Shown: in pieces, positions 1-8,863 of the stretch
Layout of the letters: every line of letters starts with the position of its first letter
Numbering within the stretch: the first letter of the stretch is position 1
Origin: a virus
Length of the DNA stretch: 64,000 nucleotides
Strand: one strand, 5' to 3'
Virus record (IMG/VR): IMGVR_UViG_3300045988_182866
Notes under the pieces: generated by a model
Told to the model about the DNA's origin: nothing
What the model saw: the letters and a program-made list of their open reading frames with translations, nothing else
Database searches by the model: none
Made by a program: the position numbers and the translations under genes

Positions 1-501
1 AAACTTCTTTTTATCAGTCTTGCCCTGGCTCATAAATGGAATTGTATTATTTGCCTGCATGGCAATACAATTCTTAAAAACCTCTTGAGATGTAGAAAGA
101 ACCTCTAAAATATAAGTTGTCGTATTAGGAATACTATCTCTTGTTTTATCCCTCCCGTCCTTGAATACCTTTAAAGAAGACGGATTTAATTCTCGAATAA
201 TCTTAAAATTATTATTTCCCTTGGTCGAATTACAGTTAAATTCAAGAATAACTTGAGTTGTTCCTTTAACCAAATTATTAGGAATATTCCTAATTGCTAA
301 ATCTTTTAGAGTTTTTCCAAAAATAGCAAAAGAAAATGCCGCAACGATAGAACTTTTGCCAACACCATTTTTAGTGCCCGGTACATCAGAATTTGTACCA
401 GTGATGAAATTAACACCTGGTTTAAATTCAATTACAACAGACTCTTCACCAATCGATAAAAAGTTTTTAATTTGAATTTTTTTAAATGTTATAAACTTCA
501 T
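1..501 (-). CDS. Recombination/repair ATPase, T4 gp46 / SbcC-Rad50-like, N-terminal part. Start codon is at 501..499; the gene runs off the window start.
   Basis: Minus-strand translation from ATG 501: MKFITFKKIQIKNFLSIGEESVVIEFKPGVNFITGTNSDVPGTKNGVGKSS... Walker-A P-loop plus the typical gp46/SbcC N-terminal architecture. Directly downstream of the gp47-like gene as in T4. Confidence 0.7.
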   Translation of the reverse strand, partial: MKFITFKKIQIKNFLSIGEESVVIEFKPGVNFITGTNSDVPGTKNGVGKSSIVAAFSFAIFGKTLKDLAIRNIPNNLVKGTTQVILEFNCNSTKGNNNFKIIRELNPSSLKVFKDGRDKTRDSIPNTTTYILEVLSTSQEVFKNCIAMQANNTIPFMSQGKTDKKKF

Positions 502-769
502 TATCAGCCAACTTTTCTAAAATCTTTTTCTTATTTTTAACCTTTTGCTTATGCTTCTTTACAAATGAAAAACATTTTGAATAAAACTTACATTCATTCT
601 TTGAACAATTACAATGAGGCCACCAATCATTTCTGCAAAATGGTAATTCTTTCCAAGAATTTTTATGAGCACCTCCATGTACTCCATCTCTTTTATCCCG
701 GGACATTAGAAATCTCTCTATATTTCTTTTGCAAATATTGCAATACTTCTTTTGGATTAGGAACATCAA
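482..769 (-). CDS. Small Cys/Lys-rich ORF (95 aa) overlapping the gp47 3' end and gp46 5' end. Doubtful.
   Basis: ORF-track only. Several CxxC-like pairs (CNICKRN, HCNCSKNEC). It overlaps two well-supported genes, so it may be spurious. Confidence 0.2.
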   Translation of the reverse strand: MMFLIQKKYCNICKRNIERFLMSRDKRDGVHGGAHKNSWKELPFCRNDWWPHCNCSKNECKFYSKCFSFVKKHKQKVKNKKKILEKLADNEVYNI

Positions 770-1730
770 GCAAACCGATATATTCTTTAATTGCTTCCAT
801 TAATTCTAAAGCAACAAAATCAGTTTTTGTATCAATAGCAGAAGAAAATCCTTTATTATCCCAGTCAATATCGCATTCCAGAGGCTGACAAGATGACAAT
901 AATTTAATAAGTTCATCCATGTCATCTACAGTAATATTCTTATCAATCGCCAGTCGAAGATAATTATTAACAATTTCTTTACCAATCTTAGAAGGTTCTT
1001 TTCTAATTAGGGAAGAAAGAGTCATCTTAATAAATTTAGGAGAAATCTCATTATAATGATAAGAATATTTTCCTGTATCTACATCAAGAATAATAAAACC
1101 TTTCTTATCTCCCGCCTCTCCATAGTTCATCTGAAAAGGATTACCTACATAAACAATAGATCCAGATGAATATTTTCTAAACTGGGCTTTATGAAAATGC
1201 CCAGAAAAAATACTATTAAATTTCTTCAATAGATCAGATAATTTAAAACCTTCTTCACAAAGATGCTCAGATGAATTCATTTGAAACGTATTAATCTCAA
1301 AATGACCGAACAAATAATCAGAAGATTCAATTTCTGGATTTAACGGATTAAATCCCCATGGACAAAGAGTAATACTTTTATCCCCGATATTCAATCTGGC
1401 AGGCTTATCATAATATTTGATATTATTATATCCTTGAAAAATAGAAGTAGAAGATACTTCAGTGCTTCCGGAAAAATACAAATCGTGATTACCTGGAAAT
1501 ATATGAATAGAAAAATCCTCCAATAACCGGAGGATTTTTGCTGTTGAATTCAAAGTATAAACATCTACCGAATTTCTGTTATGAAACCAGTCTCCAAGAA
1601 AAAATACATCTTTAATATTTTTCTCTTTGAGAGTTTTAACCATATCTTGGATAAATTCAACTGCAACACTATGCCAATGTTGATTATCTCCTTTAATTCC
1701 AAGATGTAAATCAGAAAAAATTGCTATCAT
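693..1730 (-). CDS. Recombination endonuclease subunit, T4 gp47 / SbcD-Mre11-like calcineurin-type phosphoesterase
   Basis: Metallophosphoesterase motifs DLHLG, GDWFH and GNHD. The 345-aa size matches gp47, and it sits immediately upstream of the gp46-like gene. Confidence 0.8.
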   Translation of the reverse strand: MIAIFSDLHLGIKGDNQHWHSVAVEFIQDMVKTLKEKNIKDVFFLGDWFHNRNSVDVYTLNSTAKILRLLEDFSIHIFPGNHDLYFSGSTEVSSTSIFQGYNNIKYYDKPARLNIGDKSITLCPWGFNPLNPEIESSDYLFGHFEINTFQMNSSEHLCEEGFKLSDLLKKFNSIFSGHFHKAQFRKYSSGSIVYVGNPFQMNYGEAGDKKGFIILDVDTGKYSYHYNEISPKFIKMTLSSLIRKEPSKIGKEIVNNYLRLAIDKNITVDDMDELIKLLSSCQPLECDIDWDNKGFSSAIDTKTDFVALELMEAIKEYIGLLDVPNPKEVLQYLQKKYREISNVPG

Positions 1731-1795
1731 TACTTGCCTAAAACCATTCTTTTATCTGAACTTTATCCTTTGCCGCTAAGATTCTTGAATTTCAA

Positions 1796-2977
1796 TCATT
1801 CCGCAATAAAAACCTTATTTCCTACATCCCATATCCGGTCCCAACCGTTTGCACTCATATTTTCATATTCAGATAATTTAAGATCAAAATAATTCAAAAG
1901 ACGCGGTAATTTATGTTTTTGAAATTGAACTCGGCTTTTTCGTTGAAGAGAATTATCTTTAAAATAAAAGTAATTCGGGTCAGCATCATGAATCTCCTTA
2001 AATCCAATTTGTCGATAAAGCTGACCTTGGGACCATCGACGATCGGCATATGTAATTACACTGCCTGCATTATTTCTACGAAAATATTCAAACAACTTGG
2101 AAGCTCCTCCAATTACTGTAAAATTAGCAACTGTACAATAGCGAATCAGTTCATAATCATATTTCTTGTTAAACCTGGATTTATTAAAAGTCATTACAGC
2201 CACCATGCGATTCTTATAAAATAATCCCAGATTAATGGAAGAAGCGTAAGTTCCTTGAATATGATATTTTAAAATAAATGGCTTAACTTGCTGATAAGTC
2301 AATTCGCGAACTTTACATTTACGAGCATAGATCTTTCCGGAAGTAATTCCAAGAAGATGACGAATACGGGCCTTAACAATCTGCGGCTTCAATTCCCATT
2401 CATCTTCGAATACATGAATTAACCGTACTCCTTTTTCTTCACACTTATTTGTTTCAGTCAAATGGTACCGTTTAGTAAATCCATTTCGTTCACAATGTCC
2501 TGAAAGGGAATCAAACTCAAAAGCAATCTTCTTATCTGGAATATGAATAGCAATAGTATAAGGAGCTGCTAACTCTTTATCATTCTCAATAATCCGGCCA
2601 TTATAAACACTTTTAATATAATTTATAAAATTATTATAAGACTCAGGGTTAGATACCGGCTCAACAATAGGAGCTGGTTCTTTTTTAGAAGACGTGGAAA
2701 CTTTTTTAATTTTTTCCTTCTTTTGCTTTGGTTCTTTTGGAGCTTTGGACACTTTAGGCTCTGTATTTTTCCTTAATGCTTCAATAGCACATTGCCTGCA
2801 TCCATACTTGGAACGTATAAAATGCTGGGTTAAACAAAAGAAAGATCCATGATCCTTGCAAATAATTTCAACCGGTTTCCTGTTACTTTGATAATCAACT
2901 TTAGAGTAATCAAATTGATCTCCAAATTTTTCAAGGCAGAATTTAATAAAAGCTTCCTTACGTTGTTCTTTTTTCAT
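1796..2977 (-). CDS. Homing-endonuclease-like protein: one N-terminal Zn-ribbon repeat, a Lys-rich linker, a DUF559/Vsr-like PD-(D/E)xK nuclease domain, and an extra ~200-aa C-terminal domain of unknown function
   Basis: N-terminal FIKFCLEKFGDQFDYSKVDY...IICKDHGSFFC..H....GCRQC matches the repeat family seen at 4864-5547, 28588, 44277 and 45199. KIAFEFDSLSGH...GVRLIHVFEDEW resembles the ELKLA[IL]EYNGxxWH...IEVW DUF559 motif of the other copies. Confidence 0.6.
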   Translation of the reverse strand: MKKEQRKEAFIKFCLEKFGDQFDYSKVDYQSNRKPVEIICKDHGSFFCLTQHFIRSKYGCRQCAIEALRKNTEPKVSKAPKEPKQKKEKIKKVSTSSKKEPAPIVEPVSNPESYNNFINYIKSVYNGRIIENDKELAAPYTIAIHIPDKKIAFEFDSLSGHCERNGFTKRYHLTETNKCEEKGVRLIHVFEDEWELKPQIVKARIRHLLGITSGKIYARKCKVRELTYQQVKPFILKYHIQGTYASSINLGLFYKNRMVAVMTFNKSRFNKKYDYELIRYCTVANFTVIGGASKLFEYFRRNNAGSVITYADRRWSQGQLYRQIGFKEIHDADPNYFYFKDNSLQRKSRVQFQKHKLPRLLNYFDLKLSEYENMSANGWDRIWDVGNKVFIAE

Positions 2978-2998
2978 AGAATGAATATAACTAATTTC

Positions 2999-3634
2999 TC
3001 AATTTTTAAAGGTGCGCAGATTACACACTTTATTTTTAGTATGTATCTTGGTAAACAACAAATTTTCTATAGATTTTCTATTATTTTTCCAGTCTCTTTC
3101 TTCGACATTTATTAGTAGAATATTTGCTTCTTTACAACGCCTTTCCTTTTCGGCATGACAGCCAGGCTGTCTTTCTTCTTTAAGTTTATGCCAGTGAGAT
3201 CCATTATATTCAATGCCAATTCTTAATTCGGGAAGAAATATGTCAAGCTCCATTCTTCCTATTTGAGTCTTATCATTTTCAAGAACTTCTCCCGAATAAA
3301 TTGACTTAATATATGCACAAACTTCTTTTTCTCCTCTAGATGTCTGTTTAGATAAGGCACATATTGGACAACCTTGTTGAAGATACCAATGACTAGACGG
3401 TATTTGTTGAAATACTCCGTGTACAGGACATATGATATTAACCTTAGAATGTGCGTTTACATAATTTACTAAAGAATAATCATATTTTTCTCCATGAACT
3501 TTTCTAGACCTCTTAATAAATTCATCAATTGTTAACTTTTCAAAACCAAAACATTTAGGACACCCTGAGCCATTTAAATGACTATTTGGTTTTTGCCAAA
3601 AAATACCATGTTTAGGACAAATAATTGATAGTTG
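2999..3634 (-). pseudogene. 3' fragment of an interrupted Zn-ribbon/DUF559 homing-endonuclease-like gene: partial repeat + full repeat + DUF559 domain. The frame is open from a stop at 3635-3637 with no ATG until 3253.
   Basis: Minus-strand translation from 3625: IICPKHGIFWQKPNSHLNGSGCPKC..FIKRSRKVHGEKYDYSLVNYV..IICPVHG...MELDIFLPELRIGIEYNGSHWH. It begins mid-repeat exactly at the IS right end. The ORF track reports only the ATG-initiated 84-aa tail (2999..3253). Confidence 0.75.
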
Positions 3635-4863
3635 CTAATTTCAATGAAATTCATTGAAAATTAACTTATTTTATCATGGGGACCATATACTCCCAAGCGA
3701 AGGATATTGATAGCAGCATTAATATCAGCATCAAATGTTCCTCCACAAGTCTTACAGTGATATACTTCACCTTGTCGACTCGACTTATCAACAGTATTAC
3801 AAACGTGGCATCGTTGAGATGTATAAGCAGGAGGAACTTTAATCAACTGGAAACCTTCCGTCTCAGAAAGTGACTCAAACTTATTCATTACTTTAATGTA
3901 ACTCCACCTTTGTAACTTGTTGTTAAACTTTTTAGAAAACTTTGATTTGTACTTAATGCATTTAAGATTCTCGATAATTACTTGCCCACAATCTTTATGT
4001 TCGTTATAAAATTTCTTAACGGCTAGATTGATTGCTTCATCACGCTCCCTAAGAGCTCGTTTGAAAGCTTTAGACCGTTGTTTCTTGCGAGAAATCTTTT
4101 CATAAATGTCCTCAAGTTCTTTACCATAAACCTTTCCATCACTACATGCGAGTAACTTTTTGTAACCACAATCAACTCCTGCTGATAATTTATTCTTTTT
4201 CTTTTCAGCTTCTTCTTTTTCCCAAAATAATTTCAACGAGAAATTATCAGACAGCATGAAACTATTTTTTAATTTCCAACCATTATTTTTGAACCTCAAA
4301 CTTACTCGATGATGATTGATTGGAAGTTTAAGTAGTATAGCTCGATGTTTTGTCTCTTGAAAATATGGTGAAAATATCTTGATGAAACAGTCAAACTCCT
4401 TAGTCTTATCCTCTTCAATATCCCATAGCATATAGTTAAGATTAATACTATGGGATTTAATTACTGACTCAGTAATCTTCTTAATTCTTTTTTTCTTAAG
4501 TAAAGTAACTTGCGAACGGTAAATCTGTGAGGCCTCTCGATAACATAACGCTCTCCATCTACTATTAGAAATATCATTTAATTGTGGGCAAAACTTACTT
4601 GAAAGATTTTGTTTCAATGGTAATTCACCATCATGAATTTTATGAAGATATAACTGAAGCAACTCTTTATAATCCTTAATAATCTTCCAGTACAAATCGA
4701 TTTTATCTCGATTTGCATACTTAAGTGTATGGGAAGATGAACGAATCACTTTGTTAACATTTTTATCTAGCAAGGTAAAATTAAAACTTAGATATTTTTT
4801 TAAGAAAAAATGAAAATTTTGATTATAAATTCATTTTATTTCTTTGAAACTAATGAATAATTA
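3635..4863 (-). mobile_element. IS200/IS605-family insertion sequence, tnpB-only (IS1341-like), inserted into a homing-endonuclease-like gene
   Basis: TnpB ORF plus a perfect subterminal hairpin immediately after the tnpB stop (plus strand 3637-3659: TTCAATGAA-A-TTCATTGAA). An imperfect hairpin lies near the other end (~4820-4855: ATTCATT...AATGAAT). The flanking coding sequence on both sides belongs to the same repeat-protein family. Exact termini are not determined. Confidence 0.75.
3661..4773 (-). CDS. tnpB: TnpB (IS605 OrfB-type RNA-guided nuclease/transposase accessory protein)
   Basis: C-terminal PPAYTSQRCHVCNTVDKSSRQGEVYHCKTCGGTFDADINAAINIL carries the RuvC-III motif and CxxC...CxxC zinc finger diagnostic of TnpB/OrfB. 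370 aa. Confidence 0.85.
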   Translation of the reverse strand: MLDKNVNKVIRSSSHTLKYANRDKIDLYWKIIKDYKELLQLYLHKIHDGELPLKQNLSSKFCPQLNDISNSRWRALCYREASQIYRSQVTLLKKKRIKKITESVIKSHSINLNYMLWDIEEDKTKEFDCFIKIFSPYFQETKHRAILLKLPINHHRVSLRFKNNGWKLKNSFMLSDNFSLKLFWEKEEAEKKKNKLSAGVDCGYKKLLACSDGKVYGKELEDIYEKISRKKQRSKAFKRALRERDEAINLAVKKFYNEHKDCGQVIIENLKCIKYKSKFSKKFNNKLQRWSYIKVMNKFESLSETEGFQLIKVPPAYTSQRCHVCNTVDKSSRQGEVYHCKTCGGTFDADINAAINILRLGVYGPHDKIS

Positions 4864-5547
4864 TTATATTTTTTTCTGAGAATGCTCATAACTTACTTGA
4901 GAATAATCATAAAGAGTACCATGAACTTTTCTTGCTTTCTGAATAAAATCTTCAGTCGTTACTAACTCTTTATTTCCACATTTTGGACAACCACACCCAT
5001 TAAGATGGGAATTAGGTGTTTGCTGAAATATATGTCCACACTTTTTACATTTAATTTTTACCTTAACTTTATTACCCTGGTAATCCACTTCAGAATAATC
5101 AAATTTATCACCGTGTACTTTACTAGCTTTTTCAATAAATTCTTTAGTTGTAGATTTATTGTTATTAGAGCAAAAAGGACATCCAAAACCTTTCATATGG
5201 CTTTGTGCCTGCTGTTCAAATATATGCCCACATTTTTTACATTTAATTTTTACTTTAAGCTTATTGCCTTGATAATCTACTTCAGAATAATCAAATTTAT
5301 TGCCATGAACTTTTTGGGACTTTTCAATAAATTCTTTAGTTGTTAGCTTCTTAACACCAGCACATTCTAAACATCCGCATCCCTGGACATGGCTATAAGC
5401 TTTTTGCTGAAAAGAACCGTGAATAGGACATATTATTGTTATGACATTATGAGCTCCTGTATAAAAAGTCTCAGAATAATCATATTTGTTTCCATGAACC
5501 TCTGTACATTCTTTAATAAATTGCTCATTTGATTTTAATTTTGCCAT
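4864..5547 (-). pseudogene. 5' fragment of the same interrupted homing-endonuclease-like gene: three complete Zn-ribbon repeats plus a fourth truncated at the IS junction, no nuclease domain
   Basis: Repeats FI.K...VHG[ND]K[FY]DYS.V.Y.....[VK][IV].I.C..[HC]G.F.Q....H..G.GC..C. The last repeat ends ...VHGTLYDYSQVSYEHSQKKI-stop with the stop supplied at the IS boundary. The 3' fragment at 2999-3634 restarts with IICPKHG. Confidence 0.75.
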
Positions 5548-5588
5548 TTATTTTCATTTCGGAAACTCCTGAAAAAATTAAGGTGAAA

Positions 5589-6149
5589 TTAATCTTCTGA
5601 ATCTTCTTCCGGTCTTACATAAATTGGAGCGTCTGCGCATTGAATAAGTTCCGGATATTTTACTTCCCTATATTTTTTAACTTTTTCAGCGTGCTTCTTT
5701 TCATTTTTTATGATTGCACAGAAGGACCAGTAACAGATTTGCGTCCAAAAACTGAAAGCCTTAGACCCATAATTCACACTCCATTTCTTCCCACGCAGTG
5801 CGGTCATACATTTAATGAGAGCACTTGAAATCATTTCATCTTTATAAGAATAACGGCTAAAGCTCGAAGACCTTGCTAAACCTTGCGCAATCTTAAGGAA
5901 ACATTCCGCGATGTAATTCATATTCGGTTTATCGCTGTCCTCAACTTCATAAAACCTTTTAATTGCCGCGTCAAATTTAGCCGAATCTACATAATAGTCC
6001 TCTTTTTTAGTCTTTCCTCGATTCTGAACAGTAATAAACGCCCTTTTCTTATTCGGATCATTCAGCATTTCACGCTTTTTATCCAAATCTTCAGGCGGAC
6101 GTGTTTTAGTAGAAGGCTGTACAAATTGTTCTTTATTAGCTTCAGTCAT
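5589..6149 (-). CDS. Late-transcription sigma factor, T4 gp55 homologue
   Basis: IAQGLARSSSFSRYSYKDEMISSALIKCMTAL...AFSFWTQICYWSFCAIIKNEKKHAEKVKKY aligns by eye with T4 gp55 ([34 protein letters not shown]...[26 protein letters not shown]). 186 aa against 185 aa for T4. Confidence 0.8.
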   Translation of the reverse strand: MTEANKEQFVQPSTKTRPPEDLDKKREMLNDPNKKRAFITVQNRGKTKKEDYYVDSAKFDAAIKRFYEVEDSDKPNMNYIAECFLKIAQGLARSSSFSRYSYKDEMISSALIKCMTALRGKKWSVNYGSKAFSFWTQICYWSFCAIIKNEKKHAEKVKKYREVKYPELIQCADAPIYVRPEEDSED

Positions 6150-6172
6150 GTTAATTCAATTATAATACAACT

Positions 6173-7675
6173 TTAGGCCTTTAGGCCAATTATTTTAAAA
6201 GGAATCTTTTCTTGCTCATATAATTTGATACGTTCATCTCTATGCCTTAACGCATATTTTGTATTGGGAATTATATCGATAACCCGGGCAAGAGTTTTAT
6301 TTTCCTTTAAACGCAGTATTCGTCCGATGGATTGAATTATTCTTACATTGCTTTTTCCAATCAAACCAGGAAATACAATATTATGCAAATTTTTGATATT
6401 GATACCTGTTGAGAATATTGAAGCTTGAGCAATTAACAAAATATTGTTTTCTTTTTCCAATTGCTCCTTAATATCGGTTCGTTCTTCAATCGGCACCTCT
6501 CCTTGAATAAAGTAAACTTTTCTATTCGGATCGGCTTCTTTAAATTTTTGCAGAAGATTTTCCCCATGAATAATCCTATTGACCAAAATTAAAGTATTAT
6601 TGCTTAATTTTGAAACAATAGAAGTAATAGTTGAGTTAAACTGGTCATTATTGCTCAACCATTCGGTTTCTTCCATGAATCCAAAAGGCCTTTTAACACC
6701 TTCATCATCCAGGACATAAGTCGGAATATCATTTAATTGAATATTAATTCCAAAAGTTGAAACCTGCGTCAGGAATTTATCTTTTCTTAATTCTGCAGAA
6801 GGCAGTTCAAATCTTACAGGTCCAATTTTGCCTAAGATTGACCATTTGTCATGTTTATCATGTGGTAATGTACCTGTGAAGCCATATCTTAACTTAGCCG
6901 GAAGATCTGCGATAATCTTAGAAATTTTATTATTGGCCTTAATTGAATGAACTTCATCGATGATAATACAGTCAAATTTTTGTATCTCTTTTTTAAGGTC
7001 ATCATACTGGGCTCTGAGAATACTTGCTCCGCAAATAACGACTTGTGATTTCTTATCGAAAGGAATATTTGAAAACCATTTGGAAATAGAATATTTGAAA
7101 TTCTTTAAATGCGAAGAAATATCATTAAAAGTCTGATTGGCCAAATCAGGAAAAGGACAAACCAATAAAACTTTTCTGGCTAATTTATTCTTAAGAATAT
7201 TCCGGATTAATAATGCGCAGCATACTGTCTTGCCCGCTCCTGTTCCTAAAATATAAATACCGTTTTGCTTATTAAGGGCAATTTGCATCGATTCTTTTTG
7301 ATAAGGCCTGACTTCTGATCCTTTATCATCAATATAAATGTTCTTCGTATCAAGAACTAAATCATTGCTCTGAATATATTTTTTAATGCCGTCATCTAAT
7401 TTAAATTTAACAGAACGATCATAAAATGTATTCTTAACAAATGCAAGTATGTCTCGTAATAATCCGATTTCAAATTCACCGGACATTTTAATGCAAGATT
7501 TCTTAATATATTCTTTACTCGGTTGAATTTTGATGCCTTTTTGACGACATCTCTTGACATACATATGATTTCGTTCAACTGTAGAAAAATGATCTCTCAA
7601 TTGTTCATAAGCATCAAAGTACTCAAATATAATCCTACCAAGATTATTTGATGTTCTGTTGATTTCGATAATCAT
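6173..7675 (-). CDS. uvsW: SF2 DEAD/DEAH-box DNA helicase, UvsW-like
   Basis: Walker A GTGAGKT, DEVH box, ~500 aa. It is adjacent to a UvsY-like gene, as in T4. The symbol is tentative. Confidence 0.5.
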   Translation of the reverse strand: MIIEINRTSNNLGRIIFEYFDAYEQLRDHFSTVERNHMYVKRCRQKGIKIQPSKEYIKKSCIKMSGEFEIGLLRDILAFVKNTFYDRSVKFKLDDGIKKYIQSNDLVLDTKNIYIDDKGSEVRPYQKESMQIALNKQNGIYILGTGAGKTVCCALLIRNILKNKLARKVLLVCPFPDLANQTFNDISSHLKNFKYSISKWFSNIPFDKKSQVVICGASILRAQYDDLKKEIQKFDCIIIDEVHSIKANNKISKIIADLPAKLRYGFTGTLPHDKHDKWSILGKIGPVRFELPSAELRKDKFLTQVSTFGINIQLNDIPTYVLDDEGVKRPFGFMEETEWLSNNDQFNSTITSIVSKLSNNTLILVNRIIHGENLLQKFKEADPNRKVYFIQGEVPIEERTDIKEQLEKENNILLIAQASIFSTGINIKNLHNIVFPGLIGKSNVRIIQSIGRILRLKENKTLARVIDIIPNTKYALRHRDERIKLYEQEKIPFKIIGLKA

Positions 7676-7779
7676 TATAATTCAATTATAACGTAAAATA
7701 TTCAAAATTGATCAAAAATTATTCAAATAATTTAATATTAATAACTTAAATTACACAATATTTATTTGATTTTAATATA

Positions 7780-8215
7780 ATTTATTTAAATTTAATTAAT
7801 TATATCAAATATAATTGGTATACTGGTCTCGCGCGCGGGAGGAGAATACCAATTATATTTTAATTATATTCAATTATATTTTAATTATAATAAAATTATT
7901 TTGAAATTTATTTTCAAAATTTTAATTTTATTTTCAAATTTATTTTGAAATTTGAAACATACGAACTTATTAAGGGGTACGCGCGCGTACCCCACATAGC
8001 CCATTAGGGCAATATTCATAAGCGTGCAGCGCACGCTTTCTACTTTATATTTAATTAATTAAATATAAATAAATATTTATTTATATTTAAATTATAATAT
8101 AAAATATTAAAAATAATTTAAAATATTAAAAATTTTTTCTATGCGCGCCCGCGCCCGCACACACGCGCACACGAAATCACCGAGCGCTGTTTTGGAGGTT
8201 TAACCAAATAGATAA
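7780..8215. repeat. Intergenic cluster of GC-rich palindromes and AT-rich iteron-like direct repeats (candidate replication origin or structured ncRNA region)
   Basis: The elements are: (1) 7815-7850 GGTATACTGG-tctcgcgcgcgggagga-GAATACCAATT inverted repeat. (2) 7895-7958, four copies of TTATTTT[GC]AAA[AT]. (3) 7975-7994 perfect palindrome GGGGTACGCGCGCGTACCCC, followed by GCCCattaGGGC and AAGCGTGCaGCACGCTT hairpins. (4) 8141-8200 gcgcgcccgcgcccgcacacacgcgcacacg. The flanking sequence is >75% AT. Confidence 0.5.
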
Positions 8216-8282
8216 TTGTCTAATCCGAATAAGATTTGAATAAGTACATTTATTATCAGGATCTCTTCGGTACTCTATGGAT

Positions 8283-8323
8283 AATAAAAAACCAATCTGA
8301 CTTATAGAAATCAGATTGGTTTC
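8283..8323 (-). terminator. Rho-independent terminator for the uvsY-like gene
   Basis: Minus-strand AAACCAATCTGA-tttctataag-TCAGATTGGTTT followed by TTTTATTAT. Confidence 0.6.
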
Positions 8324-8437
8324 GACAATTTATTTTTAAAATCTCCTGGAGAATTATTTTAAATTCTTTTACCCTCCAGGTAGTAAAGTACAAGCCTAAA
8401 AGTTTTTAAAATTTTCTAGATATTTTTTAGAATTAAA

Positions 8438-8836
8438 TTACAGAACTTGAAGCTGCATGATCTCGACGATGTTCTTAACGTCATTCGTAATATAGGCGAA
8501 GATCTTTTCGACTTTATTCAAATATTCAACCAGCATCTTTTGATCTTCGATCTCTTGAGTAATTTCCTGCATAGGCTTGGTATTGGCAATAACATTTTTC
8601 ATAGAAGCAGTAGACATTTGAACCAATGGCTCCTGCTTTTCAAGGGCAGTTTTTTCAAGAGCTTTCTTCTTTCGTTCCAATCTATTGAGTTCCTGTGTTT
8701 CTAAAATCAGCTTTGTTACCCAATAATGTTTTCTTTGAGGAATTTCAAAAGATTTTTGCTGAATAACCATTTCATTTAATTTCAAATCTTCAGCAATTTC
8801 TTTTGAGTATTGTTCGAGTTTTTCTTGAGGTGTCAT
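8438..8836 (-). CDS. uvsY: UvsY-like recombination mediator (tentative)
   Basis: 132 aa against 137 aa for T4 UvsY. The central segment YWVTKLILETQELNRLERKKKALEKTALEKQ resembles UvsY WLNKHSSIKKEMLRIEAQKKVALKARLDYY. Next to the UvsW-like helicase. Confidence 0.4.
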   Translation of the reverse strand: MTPQEKLEQYSKEIAEDLKLNEMVIQQKSFEIPQRKHYWVTKLILETQELNRLERKKKALEKTALEKQEPLVQMSTASMKNVIANTKPMQEITQEIEDQKMLVEYLNKVEKIFAYITNDVKNIVEIMQLQVL

Positions 8837-8863
8837 GTCTTTAACTAATGTTATTATAACATC

